Assembly: GCA_963662285.2 (NCBI GenBank)
Contig: CAXXMV010000003.1
Coordinates: 320,001-384,000, forward strand
DNA length: 64,000 nucleotides
Source of the DNA: a bacterium
Lineage (GTDB): Bacteria > Hinthialibacterota > Hinthialibacteria > Hinthialibacterales > Hinthialibacteraceae
Reading direction: 5' to 3'
How positions within the stretch are numbered: the stretch's first letter is position 1; each line of letters opens with the position of its first letter. The notes beneath the pieces are model-generated. The model saw only the letters and a list, made by a program, of their open reading frames with translations, searched no databases and was not told the DNA's origin. This document shows, piece by piece, positions 59,461 to 64,000 of the stretch. The position numbers and the translations under genes were made by a program.

Positions 59461-62001
59461 TTAAAGATGGTTCTTATCATTGTATGGTCCCAAAAACCTC
59501 TCTCCATTAAAATGGATAAGGTGACTGGGGGAGTCGGCTACCCATACTTCGGTTTCCCAACTGATTTCACTTAAATATTTTGCCATAGTCGGACGATCAG
59601 GGAAAGCCGTTACATAGACAATACCGGCAGTATTATCCTTAAAAAGTAAAGCCAACTCAGCATGTCGTTTAGCATCAACGGGACCATGACTTGTAACGGA
59701 TTCTATCAGTAACAACCAATTTTTGGATTGCAAGTAGAGTATTACATCAGGGAATTTTCCATGACTATCAAAGCATAAGCCTAAGTTCTTAAAGGTTCTC
59801 TTATTGAAATAGCCCATTTTTGAGCCAGTATCACCAACATAGATCACCTTTGCGCCCGGCGCATACCGTGGCCCGAACTCTGTGATTATTTCTTTGATAA
59901 GCTGACTATGCTTACCAGGTGAAAGAACTAACTCTTTTTCACCATTAATTATTAAAGGAATCATTTGTATATCACGTTCATTGGCGTATTGTGCTGCTAA
60001 AGCAGGCCTTTGTATAAGATAATCCGCAAGTTTTGCATCCCACAATTTTGAACCAAATGTACGGATAAGTTCTAACATATCTGGAGTGATCTGATAACAC
60101 CATTTTGGGCTGTTAATCGGACGATTTGGTTGATCTGGATTTGAACAAGCAATTCCTGCATCGATGAATTGATGCATTGTCTGGCGACGAATGGTTTCAC
60201 GAGTATTAGGTGCATACTCCTTACCATAATGATCTCTAATATAATCCATGATTGGGGTGATACCCATAAGAGGTTGACTCGCTTTTTTCCAACTAGTATC
60301 CGGTTTCAAATCGACCATCGCTAACAAGGTTAATGCTGACCGTTCATTGATTTGCCCTTTTGGAAGCCCAAGAGCCTTTAGAATAGATAACGTCTTCTTA
60401 ATTCGCTTCTGTATCGACAATGGATTTTGATTCTTCGGTTTTGCCATGTTATCGATTTCCTTATCTAAAATTAGATCAATTTCATCCTGTCCAGGAAAGA
60501 TGCATGATACATATGCGCCCAGCCGTCTAAGCGTCCTTAAATCAGGGTAATGCAGCATTCTAAGATCAGTTGCATTAACCTGTGTATGTCCTGAAAACTG
60601 ACGGAAATATAGATCTAGCAAGGTTGAATTTAGAAATAATGCCAAACCTTTTGCTATCTCAGGCTCCAAGCCTTGTTTTCGCTGATGGAATACATTCAGA
60701 TGGTTCTCGAAGCCTATCTTTTGACCAGGTACTTTATCAGGATTATGAAGTGCAGCGACAATACGCCGATTTTCCTCTTTAGAACTGAATCGGCGAGTAA
60801 TCACATACCAGCCGTTTTCCATTAACCAACGGCTACTTTGTTTACTTTCATTGATTGAGTTTGGTTTTTTGCCTTCCTGGTTCGGCCACTCCACATAGTT
60901 ATTGGAAAAATGTCCGGGATATACAAGCGGACATGCGCCCTCTTCTGCTACTTGCCTGATATCATCACGAAGACGGAAATCTACTACTGGTCCGGTGCAA
61001 ACTTCAATGTCGATTTCCTTTAATGAATTAGAGAATACACTGATACGATCAATCACCATTTGATCTAGATCGCAGGTGGCAATATGAATAAATAGGTCTG
61101 GATCATCCGGTTTAACCACCTTACTGAATGGTACTTCGCGCTGAGTCATCTCATCGAATTCAAAGCCGCTGCTGGATGTGATAACAACACTGCCTTGCTC
61201 TGCACCTTTTATCGCATGTAATATGATATTCTCTTGTAGAATGTCATCATCTTTGAATGCTTTATCTCTATCATCGAAAACATGTATATGATTAATCGCC
61301 ATATTTTTTAGTAATAGCTCACGGAATGGTCGAAAATACGGGCCATTACAGAAAGAGCGCGGAACAATGGCGACCAGTTCTCCACTAGGGGAGAGCATTT
61401 TGATAGCAATTGCCAAAAATCCGCTATATAGGTTACTTGTTTCGATTCCAATCTGCCTTAACCAAGTACGATAATCTGAATCACTTTTGATTTTTTTATA
61501 TGGTGGATTCATTATACAGTGAGTGAATTGAGGAATTGATTCCTCAAAAAGTCCACCTTTTGTACTAATTTTTTCAACTCCCCATTCAATAAAGTCTATT
61601 TGTTTGACTGTTCCTGAGAAAGAAATACCCATCGATTCGCTGGTGTAAAGGCAATCATCTAAAGTGGTTTTGAGATAGTTTTCCATGAGTGGTTCTAACT
61701 CATAGCATTCCGTATGGATACTATGAGGTTTCACAATTCGTCCGATCATCTCTTGGAAAAAGCAGGCGGTCAGTGTTCCCGTTCCTGCTCCTGGATCGAG
61801 CAAAACAATGTCATCAGAAGTAGAATTAAAGAGTGATGCCATAAAAGTGGCTACACTTAGAGGAGTAAGATATTGTCCAAGTTCACCTCGAGTCTTTGGA
61901 TCGAGTTTTTGGGATATTTCCAGACGGTAAATATCTGATTGTTCTGCGGGTGTAAGCCTATTATGACGTTCTTCTGTTAGAAATAGCGGATTCATTTTCA
62001 T
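59461..62001 (-). CDS. Fused N6-adenine methyltransferase and BsuBI/PstI-family restriction endonuclease
   Basis: GQYLTP, LDPGAGTG, MNPPY, RRFSSKEE and FSGHTQVNATDL (MTase); YAPNTRETIRRQTMHQF, HGKFPDV..IESVTSHGP and ISWETEVW (REase). Confidence 0.92.
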   Translation of the reverse strand: MKMNPLFLTEERHNRLTPAEQSDIYRLEISQKLDPKTRGELGQYLTPLSVATFMASLFNSTSDDIVLLDPGAGTGTLTACFFQEMIGRIVKPHSIHTECYELEPLMENYLKTTLDDCLYTSESMGISFSGTVKQIDFIEWGVEKISTKGGLFEESIPQFTHCIMNPPYKKIKSDSDYRTWLRQIGIETSNLYSGFLAIAIKMLSPSGELVAIVPRSFCNGPYFRPFRELLLKNMAINHIHVFDDRDKAFKDDDILQENIILHAIKGAEQGSVVITSSSGFEFDEMTQREVPFSKVVKPDDPDLFIHIATCDLDQMVIDRISVFSNSLKEIDIEVCTGPVVDFRLRDDIRQVAEEGACPLVYPGHFSNNYVEWPNQEGKKPNSINESKQSSRWLMENGWYVITRRFSSKEENRRIVAALHNPDKVPGQKIGFENHLNVFHQRKQGLEPEIAKGLALFLNSTLLDLYFRQFSGHTQVNATDLRMLHYPDLRTLRRLGAYVSCIFPGQDEIDLILDKEIDNMAKPKNQNPLSIQKRIKKTLSILKALGLPKGQINERSALTLLAMVDLKPDTSWKKASQPLMGITPIMDYIRDHYGKEYAPNTRETIRRQTMHQFIDAGIACSNPDQPNRPINSPKWCYQITPDMLELIRTFGSKLWDAKLADYLIQRPALAAQYANERDIQMIPLIINGEKELVLSPGKHSQLIKEIITEFGPRYAPGAKVIYVGDTGSKMGYFNKRTFKNLGLCFDSHGKFPDVILYLQSKNWLLLIESVTSHGPVDAKRHAELALLFKDNTAGIVYVTAFPDRPTMAKYLSEISWETEVWVADSPSHLIHFNGERFLGPYNDKNHL

Positions 62002-62402
62002 CCTTTAAGCGGCTAATAGGTTTACAGATTAGCATGGAACTTCGCACAGACATTATAATAAAGAATACTAACGGGAATAAGATATAACCGCATAGAATTT
62101 CAATATATCCCAATATGAATTATAGACAAATATTCTTCTATTATCAAATCGGCAAACCTAAGTATTTGCAGCATATGTTTAGTTAAGTTTGAGAAAAAGA
62201 GGTTATTATTCACGTAATCATAAACGAGCATATTTATCAAGAATCAAACTAATTAATTACTATTGATTTTGAAAGTGTGATATGATATTAATAAATAAGT
62301 TCAACTGGATATCTATCATTAAGTATTGCAGTCAATCGTTAAGGGGCTTGTAGTTTTGGTGGAATCCAGGTTTGCATCATTCGGTAAATACGGAGTATTA
62401 TA

Positions 62403-62927
62403 ATGAACCACAGAAGCGCTTTTACCCTTATCGAATTATTAATTGTTGTAGCGATTATCGGAATCCTGGCATCCATTGCAGTGCCGAATTTTCTGAATGC
62501 CAACATGAGAGCCAAGATCGCCCGGATGGAAGCCGATATGAAAGCGCTGGGTGATGCTCTGTTAATGTACCGGATTGATAACAAAACCTATTTTCCTCAA
62601 ATGGGCGGTAATCCCCAGGCGGAATTGCGGCGCTTGACCACTCCAATTACTTATATTAACGCTATACCTGAGGATCCCTACCGGGCCGCCAGTAAAAAAT
62701 ACCAGAGCGTCTCGAATAACTATGACTATTCCGCCTATGGTCCTGAAAAAGCTAAGAAGGATTGGTTATTGCATGGCCTTGGACCAGATACGGATGAGGA
62801 TATCGGGGTAGGTTCCTACGGCCCGAATACTTCTGATCTTTTTAAGAGATTGCTCTATCAACCATCCAATGGCATAGCCAGCAGTGGAGACGTTATTCAT
62901 ACCTCATGGCACGGCTTGTCATTTTAG
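62403..62927 (+). CDS. Prepilin-type N-terminal cleavage/methylation protein (GspG-like pseudopilin)
   Basis: SA/FTLIELLIVVAIIGILASIAVPNF; LTTPI.YI..IP.DP; GPD.D. Confidence 0.92.
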   Translation: MNHRSAFTLIELLIVVAIIGILASIAVPNFLNANMRAKIARMEADMKALGDALLMYRIDNKTYFPQMGGNPQAELRRLTTPITYINAIPEDPYRAASKKYQSVSNNYDYSAYGPEKAKKDWLLHGLGPDTDEDIGVGSYGPNTSDLFKRLLYQPSNGIASSGDVIHTSWHGLSF

Positions 62928-63020
62928 CATTACAATGATATCAAAGCTAACGAGTTCCAGCATTCAACACAGGTTTAGCATTGGTAAATTAACCGGTACT
63001 CTTACCATAATAATTCAAGT

Positions 63021-63053
63021 TCCCTCTCCCTCTGGAGAGGGTTAGGGTGAGGG
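63021..63053. repeat. REP-like element between convergent genes
   Basis: tccctctccctctggagagggttagggtgaggg. Confidence 0.75.
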
Positions 63054-63076
63054 TGAAAAAGGAATCGTCAGTTAAT

Positions 63077-63544
63077 TCAATGACATGAGTTACAACCGCG
63101 TTTTTCTAAATACTGCTGGTGATAATCTTCCGCCGGATAGAATATCGAAGCAGGGGTGATTTCCGTAACTATTTCTTTGTTAAAAGCGTCAGATTGCTGC
63201 AGCGCCTCTTTAGATGATTCCGCTGAGAATTGCTGCGCCGGAGTCAGGAAGAAAATGGCGGATCGATATTGCGTCCCCATATCAGGTCCCTGTTGGTTTA
63301 ACTGAGTGGGATTATGACAAATCCAGAAAATATCAAGCAACGCTTCATAAGTTGTCAGGCTGGGATCGTAAGTCACTTCGACTACTTCAGCATGCCCAGT
63401 TTGTCCGCTGCACACATCCTGATATGTCGGGTCTGGCTTGGTTCCGCCGCTATATCCGACTTGGGTTGAAACAACGCCGGGCTTATTACGAAACGCTGCT
63501 TCCACACCCCAAAAACATCCTGCCGCAAAAATCGCTTTTTCCAT
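63077..63544 (-). CDS. msrA: Peptide-methionine (S)-S-oxide reductase
   Basis: GCFWG, GHAEVV, QGPD.G.QYRS and AEDYHQQY; GAGGA RBS before ATG 63544. Confidence 0.96.
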   Translation of the reverse strand: MEKAIFAAGCFWGVEAAFRNKPGVVSTQVGYSGGTKPDPTYQDVCSGQTGHAEVVEVTYDPSLTTYEALLDIFWICHNPTQLNQQGPDMGTQYRSAIFFLTPAQQFSAESSKEALQQSDAFNKEIVTEITPASIFYPAEDYHQQYLEKRGCNSCH

Positions 63545-63737
63545 TTTTCTAATCCTCATTTTTTCATCATAACCTATTTTGTGGTCTTCTTTTGAGCGTC
63601 TTCGCCAGTTCTCTATATCGCCGTTTGACGCAGTATCTACCTCCATCCCCTGGCTGGATGGACCAACGTAAGAAGATATCACTGTTATTCTATTAATTTG
63701 TTCATATTTTCTAAAAGAATGTATTGAGATAGAAAAT

Positions 63738-64000
63738 TTATAAGGCTGACCGGCTAACGATCCCCAAGTCTTTACCTTCCATTGCTTTGGGAGGCTTCAG
63801 GCCGAAGTAGCGCACTACGGTCGGGGCGAAATCCATTATGGAAACGTCATTCTTTTTAATGGGGCGGTTGCAGAAGAATATGCCTGGAACCTGTTCGGCT
63901 GCCATGCTGCAATGATCTCCGCTCCAGGTTTCCATGTTGTCTTCCACCACATTACCGGGAGAAATCCCGCCCAGACAGGTTTGCCAGGAGACGCGGTATG
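63738..64000 (-). CDS. 3' end of an alkaline phosphatase / nucleotide pyrophosphatase family protein
   Basis: YRVSWQTCLGG...WSGDHC...SIMDFAPTV...MEGK; frame open past the window end. Confidence 0.8.
   Translation of the reverse strand, partial: YRVSWQTCLGGISPGNVVEDNMETWSGDHCSMAAEQVPGIFFCNRPIKKNDVSIMDFAPTVVRYFGLKPPKAMEGKDLGIVSRSAL

Noticed and set aside
63545-63682. 46-aa N-terminal extension of MsrA in the ORF track
   Set aside because: An RBS precedes ATG 63544 and MsrA similarity starts there

Overview
A 64-kb chromosomal window from a diderm bacterium, judged from an outer-membrane barrel, Sec and Tat substrates and a pseudopilin. The gene style (Pro/Thr linkers, FTLIELLIVVAIIGILA pilin, short Trp-containing C-terminal tails) suggests an uncultured OLB16/Ca. 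Hinthialibacterota-like lineage; this is inference only. Exported proteins dominate: carbohydrate-active enzymes (GH110-like, two GH106-like, GH78, PL11-like, SGNH esterase, two unclassified GH-like proteins), a cohesin-dockerin-cohesin surface protein followed by a PorV/FadL-like beta-barrel, two tandem paralog pairs (one copy frameshifted), and SSS and MFS transporters. Also present are an AT-rich islet (ECF-like sigma, 82-aa protein, XRE-cupin, orphan ParB), two type II toxin-antitoxin loci, a fused BsuBI/PstI-type methyltransferase-endonuclease followed by an attC-like hairpin, REP-like repeats and transposase relics. The most striking signal is a 9-residue C-terminal tail ([TA]-[AV]-[VI]-x-[DE]-W-[SD]-[LIV]-[FYKH]-stop) shared by five exported proteins of four unrelated types. 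A second C-terminal repeat domain is shared by three other exported proteins. Together these suggest a lineage-specific protein sorting or surface-display system. No rRNA, tRNA or CRISPR array was seen. All family calls are from motif recognition by eye, not database searches.
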